64,000 nucleotides of DNA from a virus: the IMG/VR virus record IMGVR_UViG_3300037247_001890, positions 105,275-169,274 of that record. The stretch is one strand, 5' to 3'. A model generated the notes under the pieces. It did no database searches. It was not told where the DNA came from and saw only the letters and a list, made by a program, of their open reading frames with translations. Of this stretch, positions 48,811 through 57,550 are shown in pieces. How positions within the stretch are numbered: position 1 is the stretch's first letter; each line of letters begins with the position of its first letter. The position numbers and the translations under genes are program-made.

Positions 48811-49532
48811 GATGCTAGCGGTTACTAACCGCTACTAGAACCAGATTGTCGTCTCGACTTTCATTTAATGGTTCTATTTGTTGTAACCTTGACATCCCTG
48901 TCTCGTTTACAACAAATCATTCCGCTCAAGGATGGGATCCTAGTAAGGTAGCCGGCACTGCAGTGTGAAGGAGAGCTCCTTCAGCAGGTCTCGCGATCGC
49001 ACGCGCAAGAACGCGCAAGCACGCGGACGCCTGGTCCCAGAGACGCATGCAGCTGGCAGGTACCTCGACGGGAAGAAACCCGGGGGACTCCGGAAACGAC
49101 GCATTACAGCGAAGAAGACATGATCGTATAGCGGCGTATAAAAATGAAGAAATGGGACGCACAGAGTGACGTCCTCTGTCCATTTCTTCTAAGAGTACAT
49201 GGTATGTGCTTTTAGAAGAGATGGGTAGAATGATTCGTTTTATCAAGAATCTCCTTTTTTCTCGACCTAGCAGCGAAGGGCAGCTGCAAATCCCGAAGAA
49301 AGGTCTACGGGATTTACTGCTCGCCCACTCGCAGTCATGTCGGAAAAATAGTAAGTACAGGTGGATATGCAGCTTTATCAGAGCCTACAATATCTGCCTG
49401 CCTTCTTACACAAGGTGAGCTGTAGTAAAAGTTGACATGCAACTTGGCTAGTTGTTACGACTAGCTTTTTAGTAAAATGAATGTATACAAGGAAACGTTT
49501 CACTCGCAAGGTGAAAAGTACAGCTTTTTTTA
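48811..49532. other. non-coding hairpin-rich region containing a ~60% GC palindrome island
   Basis: More than ten inverted repeats; 125 G+C in 210 nt over 48931-49140 by manual count. Confidence 0.65.
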
Positions 49533-49581
49533 TCTTTAAGTTGGAATAAGAAATATAGAATAAAAAAAGAGGAGATAAAAA

Positions 49582-49791
49582 ATGATTTGTCCAAACAAAG
49601 AAAAGTTTTTATCAGAAAAAAGACGCCTAAAAATACAAATGGGCAATCTTGATAAAGACAAAATTCCTGAAAAGATGTCTAATCGACTTGAGGTTATTAA
49701 TAAACGATTAGCCGAAATAGAAAAAATACAAAAAACAACAGATCCTGCAAATGGTTTAGATGATACAGAATACGCTATGATGGGAGATTAA
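49582..49791 (+). CDS. small hypothetical protein
   Basis: 69 aa, GAGGAG RBS. Confidence 0.65.
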   Translation: MICPNKEKFLSEKRRLKIQMGNLDKDKIPEKMSNRLEVINKRLAEIEKIQKTTDPANGLDDTEYAMMGD

Positions 49792-49822
49792 AATAGGGAG
49801 GAATTTTCCCCCCTATTTTTTT
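49790..49822. terminator. bidirectional terminator at the convergence of the two modules
   Basis: AAAATAGGG...CCCTATTTTTTT with A/T tracts on both sides. Confidence 0.7.
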
Positions 49823-49826
49823 ACAT

Positions 49827-50477
49827 TTATGCTACAGGGACAGTAGATACGTTTATTGGTTGTATACTATCCGCAATTATATTTACATTCTCCATCACAA
49901 TTGTTTGATTCGCACCAATATTCATTTGGTGTGATTGCACCATGCAATTTTGAATTAATATCATTGCTGTTTGGTCATCTTCACTATCATGTACTATCAA
50001 CGCTAACCCAAAAGGTCTGTTAAAAAAACTTGATGCTAGATTCAAATAAAAACTTCCTTTGCTTGTACCTGCTGGAATAGTGCTATGATGCCCGGGAGCA
50101 TCTTCACCAACGTCATCTGACGGTAAATCATCTGGATCATATTCTCCATAATACATAGCAGCTAATAAAGAATCACCATTAAAGATTACTCGACTGAGTC
50201 CTATTTGAACTCTGGTACGTCCAGGGATCATATAGGGTTTTCTTGAACCTATTTCAAACAATTGTTGAATTTGTTTATTCTGTACAACTGCCGCACTTTC
50301 AAGAATACCTATTGGATATAATTTGGCTGCTAAGTCTGTATTAGCTTCTTCTATAAAAGCGGGAGCAGCACAAATAACTATAGATTCAGATGAAACAAAA
50401 TTTTCATTTTTATCTAATATATCCGGTTCTACGTGCCCTGTTTTAAATTCCCAGGCATGGTATGTTTCTCTGGCCAT
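49827..50477 (-). CDS. tail tube protein
   Basis: Follows the sheath gene; PIGILES...QQLFEIGSRKPYMIPGR. Confidence 0.7.
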   Translation of the reverse strand: MARETYHAWEFKTGHVEPDILDKNENFVSSESIVICAAPAFIEEANTDLAAKLYPIGILESAAVVQNKQIQQLFEIGSRKPYMIPGRTRVQIGLSRVIFNGDSLLAAMYYGEYDPDDLPSDDVGEDAPGHHSTIPAGTSKGSFYLNLASSFFNRPFGLALIVHDSEDDQTAMILIQNCMVQSHQMNIGANQTIVMENVNIIADSIQPINVSTVPVA

Positions 50478-50488
50478 TTAATTCCTCC

Positions 50489-52099
50489 TTAGAACTGTAG
50501 TTCTATCTTGATGTAATTGACAGGATATTTGACTAATACATTTAGACTAATTTCTATGGTATCAGGGGCTTCTTCAGCCTGTTCAATCTTAAGAATTTTA
50601 ATATCATTGACATGGCCGTTTTTAATAAGGTATAAAATTTGTGCCTGTAGTGACATAGTAAGCAATTTCAAGAACTGTGGACTAATATTATAACGTCCAA
50701 TATAACCGGATAATCCATTACGCATGAATTTTGCTATAAAATCTAAAGTTTTCAAAATACTCAATTCCCGTCTTTCAACAGAAGTCATATCAGTTGTTAA
50801 TTGATGTCTACAGTAAATTGGTGCTGTCGAAGAAGTTTGAATTAACAGATAATTACCACCCTCGGCCATAGTATTAAGATCAGATTCGGTAAATTTATCC
50901 ATTGAATACATCAAACGACTTATTCCGGTCACAGCTAAATTAGTAAATGGTGTTTCAGGTGGATATCCAGAAATCATACCACCAATAGCTGCTGCACCAA
51001 TAGTACCAGGTACAGGAGATTCAACTATCATAAAAGTATTTTCTGTTGCTAGGTTAGATAACATAGCAGGAGTTAGTATTTCACCTTTTCTGTAAGAATA
51101 CCTAGTTCCACTTACTGTAACAGTTTTATTTTCACCTAAATAAAACGGTATGCCCGAAACGCCTTGAACTGCATCACGATAAGCATTTGTCAATGTAGAT
51201 ACATGACGTGATTCAGTTACAAATATTGTATCAGGAAAAGAATAGACAAGTCTACGCTCTTGTTGAACATATGCAGCTTCTTTTATCGCTCCAGCTGTAA
51301 CAGCTGTGTCAGCGCCATCTGCGTCGGAAGGATCACCACCGGCATCTTTCCAAGGTATACTTGGTGCGGCCACAACCATTCTCTCACGTTTTTCTTCTGG
51401 GGCTGAATAAGTAATTGCATGTGTTTTGCAGGCACTAATAACACCTGCTGTTGTTGTTAAAGGAACCATTGCATAAATTTCTCTGGTCTTTAACGTATCG
51501 AATGCTACATCTGAAGAAATGAATTCATTAGAAGTTGGCGCTGGTGAATCTTCAGTTACCGGGGATGCGTGTACATACCCGCCAGTATTGAGCATTGCTT
51601 TGTGTAATCCTACTCCTAATGGATTGTAGGATATGGTTGAACCTATTTTTTCTTCTATATCATCCAAATCCGACATAGTCAGAAATGGGTCTAGATCAGT
51701 ACGAAGTGCACGATATCCAATTTCAATTGCTGCACCATCATCTAATCCAACAACTTCAGGATAAGTCGCACCCAAACTCGCATTTATTTGTACAGATGTA
51801 GCACCTGCTGTAAAATCCGCAGCAGAATCAAGATGTACTCTTGTACCTGCAGAAGCCCCAGTGCCACCAATCAGATCAACATACACACTCGCTGTGTGTA
51901 CTTCTGCTCCTGATGGTAATCCAGCATAATCAACATCTATCTGGACTCCGCTGTATACTTCTATGTAAGAATAATCTCCTACTTCTTCAACAAAAAATGC
52001 TTTTCCAATTATAACCGTTCCTAAATCAGGAGAGATTAAACTTGGAGAAACCCTTACTTGGGTTTGAGTAACTTCGACACCTGGTTTTACATAACCCAT
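50489..52099 (-). CDS. tail sheath protein
   Basis: YVKPGVEV N-terminus; RHQLTTD...RELSI...YPVNYIKI C-terminus. Confidence 0.85.
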   Translation of the reverse strand: MGYVKPGVEVTQTQVRVSPSLISPDLGTVIIGKAFFVEEVGDYSYIEVYSGVQIDVDYAGLPSGAEVHTASVYVDLIGGTGASAGTRVHLDSAADFTAGATSVQINASLGATYPEVVGLDDGAAIEIGYRALRTDLDPFLTMSDLDDIEEKIGSTISYNPLGVGLHKAMLNTGGYVHASPVTEDSPAPTSNEFISSDVAFDTLKTREIYAMVPLTTTAGVISACKTHAITYSAPEEKRERMVVAAPSIPWKDAGGDPSDADGADTAVTAGAIKEAAYVQQERRLVYSFPDTIFVTESRHVSTLTNAYRDAVQGVSGIPFYLGENKTVTVSGTRYSYRKGEILTPAMLSNLATENTFMIVESPVPGTIGAAAIGGMISGYPPETPFTNLAVTGISRLMYSMDKFTESDLNTMAEGGNYLLIQTSSTAPIYCRHQLTTDMTSVERRELSILKTLDFIAKFMRNGLSGYIGRYNISPQFLKLLTMSLQAQILYLIKNGHVNDIKILKIEQAEEAPDTIEISLNVLVKYPVNYIKIELQF

Positions 52100-52117
52100 A
52101 AAAATACTCCTTAGTAT

Positions 52118-52867
52118 TTAAAAGCCTTTAATTATATCTTTTGTCATTTTTGGCAATTCTACGGTTGTCATATGAGCCATAGCCAATGGTCTTAGAGGGC
52201 CCCAAAGAACTGTTTCTTTAAGTGCACCACCTATACGTGACGTTACACCACGTTTTTTTCCTTGATCATCGTACTTGCTCGTAGCTAAAGCCAATCCACC
52301 AAAACCTATACCCGTATCAAATACAGGATTCATAAGTCTTCCTGGCAAAGAACGTTTAGCAATAACATCGTATTGCTTTCCGCCTTTAGCTCCTATTGTC
52401 TTTGCGAAATACTGCGTTCTAGCTAGATCTTTTTTTACGTATCCCCTAATGCCTTCTTTAGCAATGGTTTTACCCGTAGTTATTAAATTCGCAGTACCTG
52501 TTAGCACTGCTTGCCCAACACGCCTAACAGGATCTTTCCATGGTATTTTTTTCGATTCTCTAAATCCTAGGGGTTGTCTAGTTTTTCCTAACCACGGTCT
52601 CATAGTAGTTTTTTTTGTGGTTGTTTTCAGAGCTTCCAATCCTTGTTTATAAACTTTTCCAGATTTTGCATACGATGCTGGACTAGTCATTATATCAGAA
52701 TATTTACTGGCAAAAGTCGAAACTTTGCCTACCATCTCTTTTGCTATAGGACTTTTAGACATTAGTTTTGCAATTAGCCGACCCAATAACCCATAACCAC
52801 CTAATTTTTCAAATTCTTCTGTAAATGCTTTTCGTCTAACCAAATATTCCTGAGTAGAGTTGGTCAT
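52118..52867 (-). CDS. basic hypothetical protein (possible internal virion protein)
   Basis: 249 aa with N-terminal AFTEEFEKLG. Confidence 0.65.
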   Translation of the reverse strand: MTNSTQEYLVRRKAFTEEFEKLGGYGLLGRLIAKLMSKSPIAKEMVGKVSTFASKYSDIMTSPASYAKSGKVYKQGLEALKTTTKKTTMRPWLGKTRQPLGFRESKKIPWKDPVRRVGQAVLTGTANLITTGKTIAKEGIRGYVKKDLARTQYFAKTIGAKGGKQYDVIAKRSLPGRLMNPVFDTGIGFGGLALATSKYDDQGKKRGVTSRIGGALKETVLWGPLRPLAMAHMTTVELPKMTKDIIKGF

Positions 52868-53690
52868 AAATTATGAGTCCTGAATATAGTGGATATATGT
52901 AATCTACGGGTTCCTGTAATCCATAAGTATATAATGGATTATCGAAAGGAACATTTACTACCTCGGAATAAGTGGCGTATGTTATGTTTCCCATATATCC
53001 AAATGTTAGTTGTACACCACTTGGAATAGTTATAAAAGTAATATCTAATCCGCTTATTGTATAATCAATACCTTGTACATAATAACCTTTTCCGAAAGTT
53101 CCGGTTATTCCTGTGCCTAATTCAGCAGTATCTGCACCTGACGAGCTCAGCAAACTGGAATGAATATACATATCTGAAAATGTATCATGAATGTAATCTA
53201 CATTCCTTTGCATTGCATAATCGACAGATATCGGAACATTAACAAATTCTATATCAGTTTTATTTTTTAATATTATGGCATCCCCCATAGAAATGCCCCT
53301 AATATTATTAATTCCATTTTTACGAAATTGATCTCTATATCCAGTCAATTTGGTAAAAAGGTAATCTGCTAATCTTTCTGTTACATACTCTGTCTTTGAA
53401 AGAACATTGTATACGACTGTCCCATAAATGATATCTGAAAACTTTTTATCGAGTGACATCATATCATAAGTCATTCTCTGATCAATCGTATGCTGACCCC
53501 ATCTAAGAGGTCCACGGCTAAGAATTATAGCCGGCTTCATCTCTATTAATGGAGACTCTATAAAATGCTTATCACCTATTAATATAGACGTTGTTTTAGG
53601 ATCAAGAGTCCATTTCAATGCATAATTTTCTGCAAATAAGGATTGTGCAAACCCGATAAAAATCCTTTTTGCATCTATAGTGAATCCCAT
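52836..53690 (-). CDS. putative tail terminator/neck protein
   Basis: Upstream of the sheath gene; KPAIILSRGP motif. Confidence 0.5.
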   Translation of the reverse strand: MGFTIDAKRIFIGFAQSLFAENYALKWTLDPKTTSILIGDKHFIESPLIEMKPAIILSRGPLRWGQHTIDQRMTYDMMSLDKKFSDIIYGTVVYNVLSKTEYVTERLADYLFTKLTGYRDQFRKNGINNIRGISMGDAIILKNKTDIEFVNVPISVDYAMQRNVDYIHDTFSDMYIHSSLLSSSGADTAELGTGITGTFGKGYYVQGIDYTISGLDITFITIPSGVQLTFGYMGNITYATYSEVVNVPFDNPLYTYGLQEPVDYIYPLYSGLIIYDQLYSGIFG

Positions 53691-53908
53691 TAAAGCATCC
53701 TGATTAGTTCTTTTATCTCTTGCCTTTTTTCGCGGTTAGTAAAATAATCTTGCATTCGAATCGGTGCAGTTTTAGAAACTACTGTGACTACATCGCCTTC
53801 AAATTTAAAAAACAAATTATGGGACATTCTTGATAATTTCTGAGAAATCATTTCAACAATTTTTCCACCACTTGATCCTTCTGAAACTCTATAAATTACG
53901 GGTCGCAT
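53690..53908 (-). CDS. small hypothetical protein (probably leaderless mRNA)
   Basis: 72 aa; ATG lies 6 nt after the -10 box. Confidence 0.55.
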   Translation of the reverse strand: MRPVIYRVSEGSSGGKIVEMISQKLSRMSHNLFFKFEGDVVTVVSKTAPIRMQDYFTNREKRQEIKELIRML

Positions 53909-53914
53909 GTTACA

Positions 53915-53943
53915 AATGTAAACTATTTATTTCAAATAGTCAA
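53915..53943 (-). promoter_or_regulatory. sigma70-type promoter
   Basis: TTGACT-17-TACATT. Confidence 0.6.
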
Positions 53944-54003
53944 CAGCTAATTACATTCCAATTGATACTTTTATATCAAATTCTTCTGTAAGATATTTTA
54001 CCA

Positions 54004-54870
54004 CTAGAATAGCTCCTCGAATTTGTTTGTCATATCCTCTGCGGAAAGGTATTTTTTTGCCAACCGTCTATTTATCTGACCATCAGCGGCATCATATTCC
54101 TGCAAGAGTTCGGTAAGCTCTTGTATGTTTGGAAATGTTTCCCCAGTCCATCCTGAGCAATTCCTGTATAAAAACCCTTCAAAATTTTCAGTTTTTATCC
54201 AACCATCTGTTCCAAATGGTCCGTGTATCAATACAGGTTTTCCGGAGGCCATGCCCTCATAAGCAGATCGGCCATAACCAATTATTATATCGTATTTTTT
54301 TATCTGGTCATCAACGTCTTCAGAACCTGCTATATGTTTATATTCTATATCCAAATTTACACAGGATTTATAAATACTATAATTAGGAATACCTCGAAAA
54401 ATATTTAATGCTTTTTGTGGAGGTGTTTTGGGAAATTTAGTCGGTCTAAATTTTCTTAAGTCTACCCCATTATGTATAACTACGTCAGCATTTACAGCTT
54501 TTTGTGTTCTTTTACTAATAGCTACATGTGCATAAACCTTGCCAAATGGGGTAAATGCGTCAAACATTGTACCATGCGATACAAAGATGGTCTTTTCTGG
54601 TGATACATATTTTTGATGAATGTTGTAATTTAAAATAGCGTAGTCGTATGAATCATAATCCGGAAGTGTTTTGCTATATGTAGTGGTCTGTAATTTATCT
54701 AAAAAGACATGTATGCCTTCTAAATTAGGAACATAATCAAAATCTTTTTTTACCTCAAAATCTACTTTATGGCCTCTTTTTATTAAAAAATCTCCTAAGG
54801 TATAAGCCCAGGTATTAACTCCACTTAATCTATTATGCCCAAGGATTATTAATATCTTTTTCATACCCAC
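54004..54870 (-). CDS. GT-B (family 4-like) glycosyltransferase
   Basis: SGVNTW, IHNGVDLRKF, GRSAYEGMASGKPV. Confidence 0.8.
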   Translation of the reverse strand: MGMKKILIILGHNRLSGVNTWAYTLGDFLIKRGHKVDFEVKKDFDYVPNLEGIHVFLDKLQTTTYSKTLPDYDSYDYAILNYNIHQKYVSPEKTIFVSHGTMFDAFTPFGKVYAHVAISKRTQKAVNADVVIHNGVDLRKFRPTKFPKTPPQKALNIFRGIPNYSIYKSCVNLDIEYKHIAGSEDVDDQIKKYDIIIGYGRSAYEGMASGKPVLIHGPFGTDGWIKTENFEGFLYRNCSGWTGETFPNIQELTELLQEYDAADGQINRRLAKKYLSAEDMTNKFEELF

Positions 54871-54880
54871 AATTTACAGC

Positions 54881-54909
54881 AAAAAAAGGGCTTAATCAAG
54901 CCCTTTTCC
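54881..54909 (-). terminator. intrinsic terminator
   Basis: Minus strand AAAAGGGCTT-GATT-AAGCCCTTTTTTT. Confidence 0.6.
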
Positions 54910-55047
54910 AGTGTTTATTTTGTCTATCTTGCTAGATATGGTCTTAAAGAACTTTCCTTTTTTATTCGGGGAAGTTGGCAGTTTAATCGGGAGATACCTG
55001 ATTGTATTCCTATCTGGTAAAGCACTTATTTTTTCAAAATACTTCAT
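54892..55047 (-). CDS. 51-aa basic protein absent from the ORF track
   Basis: MKYFEKISALPDRNTIRYLPIKLPTSPNKKGKFFKTISSKIDKINTGKGLD; TAATG-coupled to the upstream gene; same N-terminus as the ORF at 57922. Confidence 0.65.
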   Translation of the reverse strand: MKYFEKISALPDRNTIRYLPIKLPTSPNKKGKFFKTISSKIDKINTGKGLD

Positions 55048-55265
55048 TATCGTTTTTCATATTTTCTTTTGAATATCCAACCCACAAATACAAACCATCC
55101 AGGGACGAATAATGAAAATGGCCATCCAAAAAAATGACCTAGAAATCCACCAGCAGTAACAACTGCTAATGCTGCATAGTATGTCTTCCAATTCTCTGAT
55201 ACAAATTTTCCAAATGTCCCATACACGCCATTCAACCAATCGCTAACTTTATCGAAAATACTCAT
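55047..55265 (-). CDS. small membrane protein
   Basis: Two hydrophobic segments and a basic C-terminus. Confidence 0.6.
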   Translation of the reverse strand: MSIFDKVSDWLNGVYGTFGKFVSENWKTYYAALAVVTAGGFLGHFFGWPFSLFVPGWFVFVGWIFKRKYEKR

Positions 55266-55280
55266 GTTTTTTTCCTTTTT

Positions 55281-56627
55281 TTATGGCCAGAATTCGGCCG
55301 TTCTAAATGTTTTAAATATAGGCATTCTAAACTTACCCGAAGGTAATGCCTCTTGATACTCCACCGTCATGGGCTTACCCAAATAGTGAAGTTTGTTACT
55401 CCAAATCTGCTCTCTTTCGAAATCTGTAAAACCACCACCAACCCGGGTAATGGCACCTCTTCCAGCCTCATCTGGTGTAGCTAATATTTTTCCTAGTTTT
55501 CCTTCTAGTCTCCCTTTACCCTCCTCAAAACCTTGTGCATATAATTCTATATCTTGCTTTAATTTTGATTTAATTGGACGATCGGAATTTAGATCCCATA
55601 TAACCCATCCTTCAGTTGTGTGAGGATGCATACCACTTTTAATGGCATCATATAATCTCCTTTTATCTTTTGGGGTTTTTGCCATTATTGGGAGTTTGAG
55701 TTGAGGTAGTTTTTTTTGGATTTCTTCTAATAGCTCTATTTTTTCCCCGTAGGGTTTTTTAGAGTAATCCACACCTTTGTATTTATCAATATTAAAAATA
55801 ACATTATCGAATTTAAGGTGTCTTTTATCTACCTCAGCTCGCGCTTTCCACACATTGGCATTGAGCAGCCCAGTGCCTTCTCTATGTGGAAGCGATCTCC
55901 CTTCGGAATCACTAACATAAGCTTCTCCCCATAAGGTTGTTTTATCTAGTTCATCTGGCACAATTGTATTATATAAATCCGGATATTTATATGTACGATT
56001 TATTAGTTCCGGACCTCTTTTACTCTTTCTATAACTAAAAACTTCTACAGGTCTACCTTTGCGTAATACAAATATGGATGCAGCACCATCAATTTTCTCT
56101 GTTAAAATTTGGTTTGGATCGTCAAAAGTGATATTTTCCGGAGCTATTGATCTTGATTTTATTTTTGTCTCTGGTACTTCTGGCCTTGTATCCTTTGTAG
56201 GTGTCGTATTTATACATAACCAATTATCACCTCCCAAATAAATAAGTGTGTATTTTTGAGTTCCCGCTCCTTTGTAAAGATTGAAAGAAATTTTTCCAGG
56301 ATCTGCTTTCGTTACATGGATTTGACCTGATTCGGCTACGCGTACTTGCCCTTTACCATAGCCGTCTGTAATAGTTCCTTTAAAAGACATATACTCAGGA
56401 GTATGGTCAGGCTGTCGTGTCCATAATACTTTTTGTCCAAGAGAAGGTAATCCTTTCCGTGTAGCCCACGAATACGCAACAGAACCATCGGAGATTCTAA
56501 AATCATAATGTTGACCAGCTACATCTGCCTTGTGTAATTGCACAACATATTGCCACGTTTTATCTTTGACTATTGGGATTCCAGATTTTGCTCTTTTATC
56601 TGGTATTCCTTCTGCAAACAATTCCAT
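55281..56627 (-). CDS. LigD-type 3'-phosphoesterase fused to an ATP-dependent DNA ligase
   Basis: YVVQLH...HYDFRI...SWAT...PDH (PE domain); EKIDG, EGWV, KSKL, VGGGFTD, RMPIF (ligase and OB domains). Confidence 0.85.
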   Translation of the reverse strand: MELFAEGIPDKRAKSGIPIVKDKTWQYVVQLHKADVAGQHYDFRISDGSVAYSWATRKGLPSLGQKVLWTRQPDHTPEYMSFKGTITDGYGKGQVRVAESGQIHVTKADPGKISFNLYKGAGTQKYTLIYLGGDNWLCINTTPTKDTRPEVPETKIKSRSIAPENITFDDPNQILTEKIDGAASIFVLRKGRPVEVFSYRKSKRGPELINRTYKYPDLYNTIVPDELDKTTLWGEAYVSDSEGRSLPHREGTGLLNANVWKARAEVDKRHLKFDNVIFNIDKYKGVDYSKKPYGEKIELLEEIQKKLPQLKLPIMAKTPKDKRRLYDAIKSGMHPHTTEGWVIWDLNSDRPIKSKLKQDIELYAQGFEEGKGRLEGKLGKILATPDEAGRGAITRVGGGFTDFEREQIWSNKLHYLGKPMTVEYQEALPSGKFRMPIFKTFRTAEFWP

Positions 56628-57544
56628 TACTTGCGATCCTTTGCTTGGTACATTGCTCTGTCTGCTAAATCAATTATTTTGTCTAAATTGATCTTTCCGG
56701 ATAAATCTGGGCATACAAATCCTGCACTAATGCCTAAAGTAGAATTATATTGCCCTTCATTCCACTTATTGAATTTATTTAATATTCTTTTCCATTGTAT
56801 TTTTGCCTGATTCAAATTTATATTATACCATGCAATTATAAACTCATCGCCACCAAGCCTGCAAAATATATCCGATTCACGAAGATCGTTTTTTATTATT
56901 TCTGCTACCTTTCTTAATGCTTTATCTCCTTCTACATGGCCATAACCGTCATTTATCCTTTTAAAATTATCTAAATCTAAATAGGACAGTGTAATTTCGC
57001 TGTTAGTTCTTTTTGCTGTTTTTAATGCTTGCTCTATAAGCATTAAACCAGTTCTCCTATTTAATATTCCTGTAAGATGATCCACAGTTGCTAAATATTT
57101 AAGTTGGTCTTCAAACTGCTTTCTTTCTGACATATTTCTAAATATTGTTGTAAAAAATATGTCACCATTTATTTTCCAATAACCTATTGATAATTCAACA
57201 GGAATCTCTTCTCCATCTTTTGATAAAACTTTTAAATCTAATCTTTCATATGTCGTTTTTGGTGGTATTTTCTGTAATGATAGCCACCTTCTGCAATGTT
57301 CATTTCTAAATCTTTTGGGAATAATTAATAATAATGACTTTCCTATGATCTCTTCATATGTATATTTTAACAAATGTTCGGCCGACTTGTTCCAAGAAAT
57401 AATAATACCATCTACATTTGACAACACTATAGCATCAGGAGCAGTTTCAAAGAGTGATCTAAATTTCTCTTCTGATGCTTTTATTGTTTTATAAACTACT
57501 TCAGCTACAGCAAAACTAGCAGGTTTCTCGGAAACTTGATTCAT
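56627..57544 (-). CDS. PAS-GGDEF diguanylate cyclase
   Basis: PAS segment (LFETAPDAI...WNKSAE); DHLTGILNRR, DLDNFKRINDGYGH, I-site RESD, intact GGDEF. Confidence 0.92.
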   Translation of the reverse strand: MNQVSEKPASFAVAEVVYKTIKASEEKFRSLFETAPDAIVLSNVDGIIISWNKSAEHLLKYTYEEIIGKSLLLIIPKRFRNEHCRRWLSLQKIPPKTTYERLDLKVLSKDGEEIPVELSIGYWKINGDIFFTTIFRNMSERKQFEDQLKYLATVDHLTGILNRRTGLMLIEQALKTAKRTNSEITLSYLDLDNFKRINDGYGHVEGDKALRKVAEIIKNDLRESDIFCRLGGDEFIIAWYNINLNQAKIQWKRILNKFNKWNEGQYNSTLGISAGFVCPDLSGKINLDKIIDLADRAMYQAKDRK

Positions 57545-57550
57545 ATTATA

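Noticed and set aside
48926-49418. ORFs 48926-49246 (-) and 49206-49418 (+)
   Set aside because: No clear RBS, atypical composition, and overlap with hairpins; likely by-products of the GC island
48811-49532. RNase P RNA, retron msr/msd or DGR template
   Set aside because: No GAGGAAAGUCC P4 signature and no reverse transcriptase gene in the window
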